Source of the DNA: Candidatus Saccharimonadota bacterium
Lineage (GTDB): Bacteria; Patescibacteriota; Gracilibacteria; BD1-5; UBA6164
Length of the DNA: 32,000 bases
Assembly (NCBI GenBank): GCA_004563595.2
Contig: CP042461.1
Coordinates: 150,001-182,000 of the forward strand
Reading direction: 5' to 3'
The position numbers and the translations under genes are program-made. The notes under the pieces are model-generated. The model saw only the letters and a list, made by a program, of their open reading frames with translations, made no database searches and was not told the origin of the DNA. Shown in pieces: positions 19,678 to 29,826 of this stretch (its first letter is position 1; the number at the start of each line of letters is the position of its first letter).

Positions 19678-20593
19678 AATTTTGATTACAAATGTATTCA
19701 TCTTCACTGGTACAATAGAAAACTTTATTTTTTATTCTTAAGTCCATATATATAAGGCTTGCGTCGTTTAATTTTATATGCTCTCTATTGAAAATAGCAG
19801 TTTTTTTAATTTGTTTATTCGTGTCAGTATGAATGCTAAATAATAATTGAGTGTTATTTCCTAGTATTATATGCATTTCTCTTTCAATTGGATAATATTG
19901 GATATTTTTGATTTTTAAATCAATGATATTCTCTTCAAGCCCTTTGATAGTTGAGTTTATTCTTCAAATATAGGTCTCTTGAAATATATCTTTATAATCT
20001 AAAAATACATTTTCATTAAAATTGTATAGTATATCAATTGTTCTGAGCTCATTTGAGTGTTTTTTTGGAATGAGGGTTCATTTTCTAGTAATAATGTATT
20101 GTTTTTTATTAATAGTTGTATTAAATACTCATTTTGATGATTCTATGTGTATTATAAGGGTATTTGGAAATTTTATTTTTAGTTCAATATCTGTTATGTT
20201 TTGTTGGTAATTTGTAAGTTTTTTTAAAATTGTATCTCTATCAAGGGTGAAAATTCTATTTCAACGTATTGATTCTATAGCTTTATAAGCAATATTGATA
20301 TTTGTGATATCATCTTTTTTGATGATATTTATATTTTTAACGGTGAGAAGTGGTCAAAATATCAAAAATAGTATAAGAAATACTATAAGTATGAGCGGTA
20401 TAATATAATAGCTTAAAATATTGTTGGATAATATTTTAATTTTATGAAATATACCTAAATTTATAGAAAGTTGTGTCTTTCTTTTTTTAAAACTATCTTT
20501 TTGAAGGGTATTTATTATTGTATTTTTTCTTGTGTTTTGTTTCTTTCTTTTAAATATATGACTTTTGAAATAATCTATGATTTTTTTATGCAT
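19655..20593 (-). CDS. ftsQ: Cell division protein FtsQ/DivIB-like (POTRA domain)
   Basis: Joins track ORFs 19655..19876 and 20354..20671, which share a frame. I checked every triplet from 19877 to 20353 and found no TAA/TAG. The start is assigned to ATG 20593-20591, just downstream of the rbfA stop. It has a basic N-terminus, one TM segment (YYIIPLILIVFLILFLIFG) and POTRA-like VKNINIIKKDDIT...IFTLDRDTILKKL...ITDIELKIKFPNTLIIHIE. Confidence 0.7.
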
Positions 20594-20612
20594 AAAATAG
20601 GAATTAATATTT

Positions 20613-20951
20613 TTATATATTGAGGCTATTAATAGTGTTGCAAACTTCTTGTCATATAGCTCAGCTATCATCGTACCTAAACCTAATTCTTGGAAGTTTT
20701 CTTATAGGAACAGATTTATTAAACTTCTTCTGGATACCGTGGTTATGTTTTGCAAGAGTTTTTGTAAGAGACTCTGAATTTTTGATTGAGCTGACAAAAA
20801 TATCTAAATAAGAGAGATCAGGGCTGATTTTTGTTCCGGTAACGGTGATGAGTCAGAAGTCCTTCTCTGAATCTTCTAATTCCTCAAATATAAACCCTGT
20901 TATTAATTCTTGGGCTACACTTTCTAATTTCTTGATTCTTTCTTTATTCAT
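20613..20951 (-). CDS. rbfA: Ribosome-binding factor A
   Basis: Minus-strand ATG 20951-20949, TAA 20615-20613, 112 aa. RIKKLESVAQELITGFIF...GLITVTGTKISPDLSYLDIFVS...KLPRIRFRYDDS is the RbfA signature. Confidence 0.85.
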
Positions 20952-21004
20952 AAAAATATTTATTGATTAGATTTTCTTATGTAAATATATTTATATATTT
21001 TGTT

Positions 21005-21032
21005 TTGACAAATGAAAATTAATAAATAGAAT
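21005..21032 (+). promoter_or_regulatory. Sigma70-like promoter upstream of rpsU (TTGACA-16 nt-TAGAAT)
   Basis: ttgaca at 21005-21010 and tagaat at 21027-21032. A Shine-Dalgarno-like aagggga lies 8 nt before ATG 21102. Confidence 0.5.
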
Positions 21033-21101
21033 CCTCTCACTTATATCAGGGAATTATATTCTCTGAGCTTAAAATTTTAATTTCACTAAGGGGATAGTAA
21101 T

Positions 21102-21302
21102 ATGATATATGCAATAAGAAATGACTGAGAAACAAATGAAAAACTCATTTTAAGATACAAAAAAATGTTTTTCCAATCTAGAATGGCAAACAAAATTAAA
21201 ACTGAAAGATACGCAGTAGGGAATATCTCTAAGAAAAAAATAAGAGAAAAAGCCATAGTAAGAGAACATTATAGAATGTTAAACAATAAAGTTTACTTTT
21301 AA
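21102..21302 (+). CDS. rpsU: 30S ribosomal protein S21
   Basis: 66 aa with one TGA. NEKLILRYKKMFFQSRMANKIKTERYAVGNISKKKIREKAIVRE fits the bS21 pattern in size and basic composition. Confidence 0.8.
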
Positions 21303-21323
21303 TCAGTATGCATTATCAAAAAT

Positions 21324-21352
21324 AAAAGTCCGAATTTTCGGGCTTTTATTTT
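21324..21352 (+). terminator. Rho-independent terminator after rpsU
   Basis: aaaagtccgaa-ttt-tcgggctttt (one G-U pair), followed by a T-rich tail. Confidence 0.55.
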
Positions 21353-21400
21353 TGTCTAAAAAATGTATACTGAGAATAGAATATTATAAGTAATATAAAT

Positions 21401-22756
21401 ATGTTTAAAAAAATAGTGTGATTAGGGTTTTCGACGAAGTGAAAAAATGCAAAAGATGTGGGAAAATATATTCAGTCTCTTGTGGATGGATGAGCAACTG
21501 AGTTTTTTACGGGATATAACCCTGCTTATTGGAGTGATAAGTTTGGTTTTGAAGTGAGCCCGAATGGAAGATTTGCTGAGCATGAACAAATTACTGATAT
21601 TGAGACTCTAAGACTTATAGTTACAGAAGTTCATAAACATAATTTAGAGCTTTTTGTGAATCTCAATGCATGGTATTATACTGATGAAACTTTTTCTTTG
21701 GTACAGCAAATGGTATCAGAGTTTGAGGAGTTATGAATGGATGGTATAATTTGTGGGAATATTTCTATTCTAGAATATCTGAAAGAAAGAAAATATACAT
21801 GAAAAATCAACATTTCAACTATCTTAGCAGTTTATAATATGGAGGCTATTGGTTTCTTTCTTGAAAATTATACTATTAATAAAATCATTCTGAGTAGAGA
21901 AGTTACTTTGAAAGAAATCGAGTCCATAGTAACAGAATTTCCTGAAACAAAGTTTGAAGTATTTTGAGAATGAGATTTTTGTAGATATAATAATGGACTT
22001 TGTTTTGCTGAGCATAAATATGGAGCGAAAGATATATGTACTATAGTGGTGAATGATCTGGTTATCAAAAAAAGATTTCATCCTGATTTTAAGAAAATTA
22101 TTCTTGATGAGAGTTTAAATAATTTTGAAAAACTGGCAAAATTAGATGAGAAGTATATGAGTTGTTTTGAAGAAATAGAAAGTATATTGTCAGAGCTGGA
22201 CCTTTGATTATGAGATTTAGAATCTCTCGAAAAGCAATTATATAAAGTTATAAATCAGAATAAAAACAGGGTAGATTTATTTTATGATTCTATGAAGCCT
22301 ATAAATGATATAAGAAATAAAAATATTTTAATTTTTTTGAAGGGAGTGAAATACTTGGTATGAGCAGGATATAATGAATTCAATGGATTAATAAATGAAT
22401 TAGAGCAATCAGTCCAATCATGACTTCAGTTTAATCTTAAAAAAGCAAAGGAGCTTTGATGAGATGCTAAACTAAAAGCTCAAGAATTGGCAAGCTTTTA
22501 TTCTAAGTGAGATAATTTAAATTTATACTCATATTTATTCTTTTCACAATTTCAAAATATTGAGACTGTAAAGTTCCCAACAAGAGGAAGAAATTATAAT
22601 GAAAAGATACAACTCATAACAGATGTTGTTGAATCATGAAAACTTGATACAAAACAGTACTTAGATCGTAATATAAACATAGAAAGAGCTCATTATGACC
22701 TCACATACCTATTCTGAGATAAACTCTGGTTTAGAGAGATGTTAAAAGAGATCTAA
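21401..22756 (+). CDS. Peptidase U32 family protein (divergent C-terminal half)
   Basis: ATG 21401 to TAA 22754-22756, 451 aa; extends track ORF 21554..21736. The U32 TIM-barrel blocks are GGATEFFTGY, HKHNLELFVNLNAW, ELGMDGIICGNISILEYL, INISTILAVYN, KIILSREVTLKEIESI and FEVFGEGDFCRYNNGLCF. Confidence 0.7.
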
Positions 22757-22760
22757 TTCA

Positions 22761-22788
22761 TTGACAAAATACTCAAAAACACTACATT
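22761..22788 (+). promoter_or_regulatory. Sigma70-like promoter (TTGACA-16 nt-TACATT)
   Basis: ttgaca at 22761-22766 and tacatt at 22783-22788, upstream of ATG 22821. Confidence 0.35.
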
Positions 22789-22820
22789 TGTTATATATTA
22801 TATTTTAAAATTATCAGTAT

Positions 22821-23591
22821 ATGTGAAGAGGTCCAGTTGTAGCAAAGAGAAGAGATGCCGTGAATGCAGTAAAAGGAAAGGTGTTTTCTATTCATGCGAA
22901 ACTTATAGCTATTGCAGCACAATCAGGATGAGATCCAGATCAAAACCCATGACTTGCTGCAGCGATATATAAGGCAAAAAAAGAATGAGTCCCAAATGAT
23001 AATATTGAGAGAGCAATAAAAAAGGGTACAGGAGAAGATAAAGAGGCAGCGCAAATCGTCTGAATCATGTATGAATGATATGCTCCAGGTTGAGTAGCTC
23101 TTGTTGTAAATGTATTAACAGATAATAAAAATAGAACGGTTGCGAGTATGAGACATATTTTTACAAAGTATGGTTGAAATATGTGAGAATCATGAGCAGT
23201 TGCTTGGATGTTTAAAAGAAAATGAATCATTTTTATTGATCCAGCGAAACATGATTTTGAATCAATAGAAGCCCTTACTTATGAAACCGATGCAGAAGAT
23301 ATCTGTATGGAGGCTTCATATATCAAAATTACTACTTGATTAGATGATTTCTCATCTGTAGAGAATTTTTTTATAAATAATAATATAGCTCTTTTTGAAT
23401 CAAAGCTTGATTATATCCCTGATACTGATACAGAAATAACAGAGTTTGAGAAAGCTCTCAAATTTACAAAAATGATGGAAGCTTTTAATGAAGATGAAGA
23501 TGTAGAGTGGGTTGCAACAAATGAAGTTATATCAGATGAACTTCAAAAGGAAGTAGATGCGTTTATAGAAAAAAATACATTTAAAACATAG
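22821..23591 (+). CDS. yebC: YebC/PmpR family DNA-binding transcriptional regulator
   Basis: MGRGPVVAKRRDAVNAVKGKVFSIHAKLIAIAAQSGGDPDQNPGLAAAIYKAKKEGVPNDNIERAIKKGTG...[39 protein letters not shown] is the canonical YebC sequence. TAG is at 23589-23591. Confidence 0.92.
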
Positions 23592-23621
23592 AAAAAGAGA
23601 GAACTTAAGTTCTCTCTTTTT
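23592..23621. terminator. 30-nt perfect palindrome, bidirectional terminator
   Basis: aaaaagagagaactt / aagttctctcttttt. The HIT-gene stop (23607-23605) lies at its centre. Confidence 0.65.
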
Positions 23622-24021
23622 GTTGCTCTGCTAGCATATTTTCTATCCAACTTGGATGTATTTTTCCTGGAAGAAAATGATAGTGTAGATGTGCAATAGA
23701 TTTTCATCCTGAGGTTTCGCGTATAAACGAAAAATAATTTTCTTCATTTTTAAAGTAATCTTTCATAAATTTTTCTACTTCTTTCATAGATGCAAATTCT
23801 TCATGAGTTAATTTAGATGTTTCTGTGATATGACGATGAGGGATAACTAGGAGATGACTTTTTATTCAACAATGAGGATATTTTGAGTGAGCTATATAGA
23901 AATATCTTCATTTCCATATAGTGTATTCCTCAATATCTTTGGTATTACAAAAAGGACAGTTTGATTCTCATAGGTCAGCTGGTTGTACCTTGTACCATTC
24001 TTCGCGAGTTCAAAATTTCAT
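23605..24021 (-). CDS. HIT family protein (histidine triad nucleotide hydrolase/transferase)
   Basis: Minus-strand ATG 24021-24019, TAA 23607-23605, 138 aa. Motifs are CPFCN, YPHCGIKSHLLVIPHRH and the histidine triad HLHYHFLP. Confidence 0.8.
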
Positions 24022-24047
24022 ATGCTCATTTTTTAAATGATAAATTT

Positions 24048-24073
24048 AAAAAAAAGTTAATCTTTCGATTAAC
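24048..24073 (-). terminator. Rho-independent terminator after rpmG
   Basis: gttaatc-tttc-gattaac, with an A8 run on the plus strand that reads as a T-run on the minus strand. It overlaps the rpmG stop. Confidence 0.5.
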
Positions 24074-24251
24074 CTTTTTTAATTTCTTTCATTTTTAACA
24101 CTTCGTGTTTTCTTGTTACTTTATTGTATTTTCTTAGAGTTGGACCTTTTACTCCAGCTTCATAATTCTTTTTTTGAATGTTTGTAGTGTGAACCATGTT
24201 ACCAGTTTCAGTAGAGTAGTAAGCAACGTATGTTCTTTTTCCTTTAGCCAT
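24069..24251 (-). CDS. rpmG: 50S ribosomal protein L33
   Basis: Intact in the track, with no TGA. MAKGKRTYVAYYSTETGNMVHTTNIQKKN...LRKYNKVTRKHEVLKMKEIK follows the bL33 pattern (Cys-less type). Confidence 0.85.
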   Translation of the reverse strand: MAKGKRTYVAYYSTETGNMVHTTNIQKKNYEAGVKGPTLRKYNKVTRKHEVLKMKEIKKG

Positions 24252-24327
24252 CTTAGGATTGATTAAAAATTATAAATAAAATTTTATGGACAGATTATAT
24301 AAATAAAGTTTATATAATCAAGTTTTT

Positions 24328-24873
24328 TTACACTTTCATGATGTCAGTATCTTTGTGTTTGTACATTTCATCAATTTTTTTATTTGCGTCTTCAATAATC
24401 TTTTGTAAGTCTGTTTCTAGGTCTCTTGCTTGATCTTCAGAGATTTCTTTGTCGTCTTCTGCTTTTTTGATAAGTTTATGAGAATCAGCTCTGGCATTTC
24501 TAATACCAACTTTTGCTTCTTCAGATAGTTTTTTTGCTATTTTTGAGAGGTCTCTTCTTCTTTCTTCTGTAAGAGGAGGGACTTTTATGATAATTGAATC
24601 GGCCATAGTTTGTGGATTGAGCCCAAGTCCAGCATCTGTGATTGCTTTTGCAATAGCATGCATGATAGAAATGTCCCAAGGTTTAATACAGAGGGTTTGT
24701 GAATCCAATAGACTTACAGAAGCTGAGTTTTTTAATGATTGCATGGCTCCATAACTTTCGATAAGAACATCTTCCACAATAGCAGGATTTGCTCTTCCTA
24801 CTTGTAGTTTTCAAAACTCTGATTCTAAATGGTGAAGTGCTTTTGTAATTCATTCTTGAGCTTTCCCGATCAT
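24328..24873 (-). CDS. frr: Ribosome recycling factor
   Basis: Track ORF 24328..24777 extended upstream through 2 TGAs to ATG 24873-24871. The extension is MIGKAQEGITKALHHLESEFGKLQVGRANPAIVEDVLIESYG, and the protein continues with VPPLTEERRRDLSKIAKKLSEEAKVGIRNARAD. Confidence 0.93.
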
Positions 24874-25005
24874 GTTATTATTATTAATAATTATTAAGTT
24901 GCCAGAATTATATGTTTCTATATATAAAAATCAACTTTTAACTTTACAAAAGACAAAACAAAAATAATATAAGCAGAGATGTTATTTATTTAATGAATAG
25001 AATTA

Positions 25006-25716
25006 ATGGCAATTTTAGAAGTAAGAAGTATTACAAAGTTCTTAGCAAAAAAGAAAATATTAAAAAATGTTTCTTTTTCAGTAAAAGCAGGGGAAATATA
25101 TGGATTCCTATGACCTAACGGTGCCTGAAAAACTACGACAATGAAGTGTGTTATGGGTTTGATTGATCCTGAAGAAGGTGAAATTAAAGTATTTTGAGAT
25201 ACTGGATTAACTCTCAAAGCAAAAGAAAAGATATGATTTATGCCAGAAAATACCTATTTATATAAACACTTAACAGGGAGAGAATTTTTAAGATTTAATG
25301 GAAAATTCTTTGATTTTTCAGATAAAAAATTAGAAAAAAGAATTAATGAACTCTTGAAGCAAGTATGACTTAAAGAAGCAGCAGATAATTATTTACATAG
25401 TTACTCTAAATGAATGCTTCAAAGAGTATGACTTGCTCAATCGATTATAAATAAACCAAAACTTCTTTTCTTAGACGAGCCAATGAGTGGACTTGACCCA
25501 ATCGGTCGTAAGATGGTAAAAGATCTTCTTGTATCACTCAGAGAGGACGGAACAACTATATTTTTTAATACTCATATCCTTGCTGATGTTGAAAGTATCT
25601 GTGATAGGGTGAGTATCATTGATAAATGAAACCTGATAGTAGAAAGCAAAAAAATGTCAGATATCAAATGAAGCTTAGAAGATTTCTTTATAGAAAAAGT
25701 AGAAGGAAATTCATAA
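25006..25716 (+). CDS. ABC transporter ATP-binding protein (ABC-2/NatA-like)
   Basis: The Walker A motif GPNGAGKTT has its 1st and 3rd Gly encoded by TGA (25111-25113 and 25126-25128). The signature motif is YSKGMLQRVGLA, Walker B is [12 protein letters not shown], and the H-loop is NTHIL. TAA is at 25714-25716. Confidence 0.9.
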
Positions 25717-25720
25717 TAAT

Positions 25721-25764
25721 AAGCAAGATAAAAGAGAAGCATATGCTTCTCTTTTATCTTGCTT
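25721..25764. terminator. 44-nt perfect palindrome, bidirectional terminator
   Basis: aagcaagataaaagagaagcat / atgcttctcttttatcttgctt. The right arm encodes the last residues and the stop (25756-25754) of ftsA. Confidence 0.65.
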
Positions 25765-26941
25765 CAATTTCTTTTACAGCTGCTATTATAGACTCTTCAA
25801 TAGGGTCTTTTTCTTTTTTGATAAAATCGAGTGTACTCATCATCATAGCATAGATATTGAGGTTTGATTTTGAGGAATCTATATTTTCTAGGTACTCAAT
25901 TTTGGGACTTACAAAAGATATATTTTTAGCTATTTTAAGATTATTTTGGTTGAGGTCGATATTCTTTAGATAATTTCTTACAAACTTCCCACTTCCTCAT
26001 CAAGTCATAAAAAAGTCACTCGGACAAAGAGAATTTCATAGAATCTCTTCAAGAGATATTATGAGAATATCTTTGAATATTTTCATAAATTCTTCTTTTT
26101 CATCAAGGTAAATAGCTTCTTCTATGGAATTTATGATTTCAATATTTCTGAGGTCATGGTTTGCTTTGATTTGCTTTATAAGAGCATTAATTCCTACAGA
26201 TATTTTTTTGACTCAGAGTATATCGTAGTCTTTTTTTACTATTATAGAAGTATGTGAATTTCAGAGATCTATGATTACAATATCTTTCTTTGTTTTGAAT
26301 AGGTTTGTAATAGCTAGCTCTGAAGGGATTATTTTTACAATAGTTTTCCCTGTTCTTCTTGCTAGAGATTGAGTAAGTTCATATTTATTTTCTGGAATAA
26401 ATATATTGAGAAGAGAAATATTGATTTCTCTTGGTGCTTTTCCTATCAATGCTTTTGTCTTTTTAGAATCAATTTTTATTTCATTGATTCCACTGATAAT
26501 GAGTTTAAGGTTTTCTTTTGTGTATCATGATATTTGTTTGATATTTTTTAAGTGCTTTTGTATTGATTGAGACTCTATTGTTTGAATTATTTTATATAAT
26601 TCTTTTTTGTCTATTTCAATTTCTGAATTTTCTCTTATATAGTTAATTTTGCTGTGCTCAAAAAATAGCTCATCAAAAGGAATGTTAATAATAATATCCT
26701 CTACTTGAGTATGACTATCCTGCTCAGCTTTTTCTATAGCTTTGTTAATATTAGCACATATTCACTCAATATTGACGTATTCTTGTAGTATTATATCATC
26801 TGTGTCTTGTCTTTTTTCTCAGTATCAAATGAGTTCTAATTCTTTATTTTTTAGCTTACAAATTCAGACCCTTATTTTATAAGTTCCGATATCTACGATT
26901 CAAATAATTTTGGAAGGAATTTTCTTTTTTGTGAAGGTCAT
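25754..26941 (-). CDS. ftsA: Actin-like ATPase, cell division protein FtsA (FtsA/PilM superfamily)
   Basis: Minus-strand ATG 26941-26939, TAA 25756-25754, 395 aa. Phosphate-1 is IIGIVDIGTYKIRVGICK, followed by ELIGYGEKRQD, phosphate-2 IVIIDLGNSHTSIIV, and adenosine motif FFMTGGGSGKF. Confidence 0.75.
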
Positions 26942-26953
26942 TCTTGAGTGAGT

Positions 26954-27463
26954 TTATGTCATATTTTTCTTTCAAATTTTTTGGAGGAGATTATTTCATT
27001 CACTTACTTCACCAATTCAAATAAGAGCCATGGCAAGATCTTCTGTAATAAGCTCATCTCAGGGAGCTATATTAAGAGATCTTTTTAAAATGCTAATTCC
27101 TCTTGTATTTTCTCATGTCATTGTATAAGCCCATCCGAGGTTTCTTAAAACTTCTGAATTATTTCAGAGCATACTATTTGACTTTTCGAGATATTTTATA
27201 GAATCTTTTACTTTGTCCTGGGAGAGAAGTATGAAACCTTTGAGGTAGTTTCATGTAGCTGAATCTTTGTTTAAATTTAATGCAAAATTAATTGCTTTTA
27301 ATCCTTTTTCTAGCTCTCCTTTGTAGAGATAAATATCTGCAAGCTCTTCATATAATCTATAATCAGAACTATTTTTGACGATACTTTCTTCCAATAAAAT
27401 TATGGCATCAGAGTATCTTTGATTTTCTTTGAGTGATTCGATTTGTAATATTATATCTTTCAT
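26954..27463 (-). CDS. Tetratricopeptide repeat protein
   Basis: Track ORF 27251..27463 extended through TGAs to TAA 26956-26954, 169 aa. TPR-like repeats include YSDAIILLEESI...YRLYEELADIYLYKGELEKGLKAINFALNLN, and LRNLGWAYTMTGENTRGISILKRSLNIAP. Confidence 0.7.
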
Positions 27464-27502
27464 ATATGTAATTATGAATATGTAAAAATTAAAAGTAATT
27501 TT

Positions 27503-28633
27503 TTATATTTTTAATGGCATAATAATATGCTTAAATTGAGTATCATTACTTTTTGAGTTTTCAGGATCAGTGATAGGAGAAATCATTATAGGTGAGAGAG
27601 GGTTTTCAAAGCTGATACTTACGTGAGTTGTATCTATTACTCCTAACACTTCTAAGAAATATGTTGAGTTTACTCAAACAATGTTATCTTCTCATTCAAT
27701 TGATCATACGAGAGTCACATTTCATTCTCAAATCTGTGTTTCAGATGTTTCAAGGAGGATTCAAGTTTCTGCTCCTATACTCATTTTAATAGAATAATTA
27801 TTCTCACGACTTACCAGGTTAATTTTTTTGAGAGCCCCCATGAGATCAATTCTATTGATCTCTGCTTTTGTAGAAAATGAAGTAGGGAAAAAGCTGCTAT
27901 AATCAGGGAATTTTCCATTTAATAATCTTGAATATACTTTTGTATTTCATGATAAAAATGCTATTTGGTTTTCTCATGAAATTACTTTTACATCATCATT
28001 ATCAGAGAGAATACTTTTAATTTGAGATGCTGTTTTGCTTGGAACAATACCATAGAAAGGGCTTTCTGTTTCTGTTTCAAGTTTCACTTTGTATTCAGAG
28101 AGTCTAAAACTGTCTGTAGATGCAAATATTGCATCACTTCACTTTATATTTACAGCTATTCATGCAAGAGTTGGCCTAATATTTCCTTCTGCAGATGAAA
28201 AAAGAGTTTTATCAATTGATTTTCTTATTATGTTTCATTTTATATTTAAGCTTATTTCTTCTTTAATGGATGGGATAAGAGGAAAATCACTCGCATCAGT
28301 TCATTTAATTTTTAGCTTTCAGCTTGTAGTTTCTATTTTTAGGCTTTCATTTCAAAGAAGTTCAATATGAACTTCATCATCAGTAATAAGAGCAATATAA
28401 CTGGTAAAGAGTTTACTCGGAATACAAAAAGCTCATTCAGACTCTATTTTTAAGTCTTCAGACAATACATATTCAATAGCCATCTCTAAATTATTTGATG
28501 TCAAAAATATATTGTTAAAGTTCACTTTTAATAATATATTTTCCAAAATAGGAGTAGTTGTGATCGACGCAGTTGCATGGTTTACAATATCAAGTCATTT
28601 TTTGAGTTCAACGGTTTTTATTGAAAATTTCAT
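27503..28633 (-). CDS. dnaN: DNA polymerase III subunit beta (sliding clamp)
   Basis: Minus-strand ATG 28633-28631, TAA 27505-27503, 376 aa. Matching blocks are MKFSIKTVELKKGLDIVNHATASITTTPILENILLKV, LTSNNLEMAIEY, RPTLAGIAVNIKGSDAIFASTDSFRLSEYK, SRLLNGKFPDYSSFFP and HIIMPLKI. Confidence 0.92.
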
Positions 28634-28736
28634 ATTGTTATTGTTGAGTTAGAATTAATATATTCATCTCTATTTTTACTGAATTATTTTATAAAATCAA
28701 GAGAATGCAAATATTTAATGTTAAAAACTTTTTATT

Positions 28737-29732
28737 CTATCAATCAAAGATAACAGACAAGTTCTTATTTCTCATGATTTCATATTTAATACAGCCTAGA
28801 AAGGCTCTCAGCTCGGTTCATTTTATGATTATCTTATAATAATATTGATTATATCTTTTATGATAATTTGGTACTTCTTGTATTGTGATATTTCATGATG
28901 TATTTTCTAGACTCAGTTTATTATTTAATTGTTTCATAAAGGCTTGAGCTTTGTCTTTATTTGTATGTCTATATTCTAATGTGAGCATTTCAGTAAATGG
29001 AGGATAGTTAAAAAGTTTTCTTTCGGCAAGGCTCTGTTTAAAAAAATCTTTATAATTATCATCTACTATACTTGTAATTATCTCATTTTTTGGAATAAAT
29101 GTTTGAATGATTATTTTTGTTTTTTCTCCATTTCTAGATCATCTTCCTATGAGTTGTTTAATGTTTGAATATACTTTTTCTTTTGTATTATATGCTGGTA
29201 TTTGAAGCTCTTGTTCAAGAAGAATGGTTCATATAAGTCATATATTCTTAAAATTAAATCATGTAGTGATCATTTTTGTTCCTATAATTATATCTGCGTT
29301 TTGTAATTTTTCTAGTGCTTGTTTTTTTTCAGTTTTATTTTTTACTACATCAGTATCAAACCTAAAAATCCTTACTGTTTTTGGAAGGTATCAGTGAAAA
29401 AAAGCTTCAATTTGTTGAGTTCAAATTCATACGTTTTTTATGTTTTTTTGACCACATTTTTCACATTTCATAGGAATATTTTTCTCAAAAGAACAGATAT
29501 GACACAGGAGCTTAGCCGGGTATCTATGGACATTTAAAGAAACATCACAGTGTACGCATTTGTATAGATACTGACAACTTTGACATATGAGTGATGAAAA
29601 TTCTCACCTTCTATTTAAGTAAAGAATCACTTTCTTGTTTTCTTTTAAAGTTACTTCAATTTCTTTGAGAAGAGTATTTGAAATATATGTATTATGCGAA
29701 GATTGATCTTGGGATAAGTTCACTAAGTACAT
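28737..29732 (-). CDS. priA: PriA (primosomal protein N')-like protein, C-terminal half only (helicase lobe 2, Cys-rich zinc region, C-terminal domain)
   Basis: Minus-strand ATG 29732-29730, which is the only start after the in-frame TAA at 29765-29763. TAG is at 28739-28737, giving 331 aa. Matching blocks are VILYLNRRGEFSSLICQSCQYLYKCVHCDVSLNVHRYPAKLLCHICSF...MKCEKCG, GIGTQQIE, IIIGTKMITTGFNF, IGRGSR and ERKLFNYPPFTEM. No Walker A or DEAH lobe is encoded here. Confidence 0.8.
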
Positions 29733-29826
29733 TTTGTATGCTAAGAAAATATTTTTATGTAATTATATTGTAAAAACTTTTGCTTTTTTTCAAAACTTGA
29801 GTTATTATATAGGGGAGACATATAAC

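Noticed and set aside
25754-26941. Calling the actin-like ATPase PilM, the missing partner of the pilN/pilO genes
   Set aside because: It lies 12 kb from the pilus locus, is 395 aa (FtsA-sized), has the ELIGYGE...S/G pattern typical of FtsA, and sits in a dnaN-TPR-ftsA cluster. PilM is normally immediately upstream of pilN. The FtsA call is preferred, although the two families are related and only a profile search can settle the question.
28634-28736. Possible oriC / DnaA-box cluster next to dnaN (also looked for at 29733-29826 and 27464-27502)
   Set aside because: I found no TTATCCACA/TGTGGATAA-like 9-mers with one mismatch or fewer in these intergenic regions. The only near matches (for example ttatccaga at about 203-211) lie inside coding sequence. 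dnaA itself is absent from the window.
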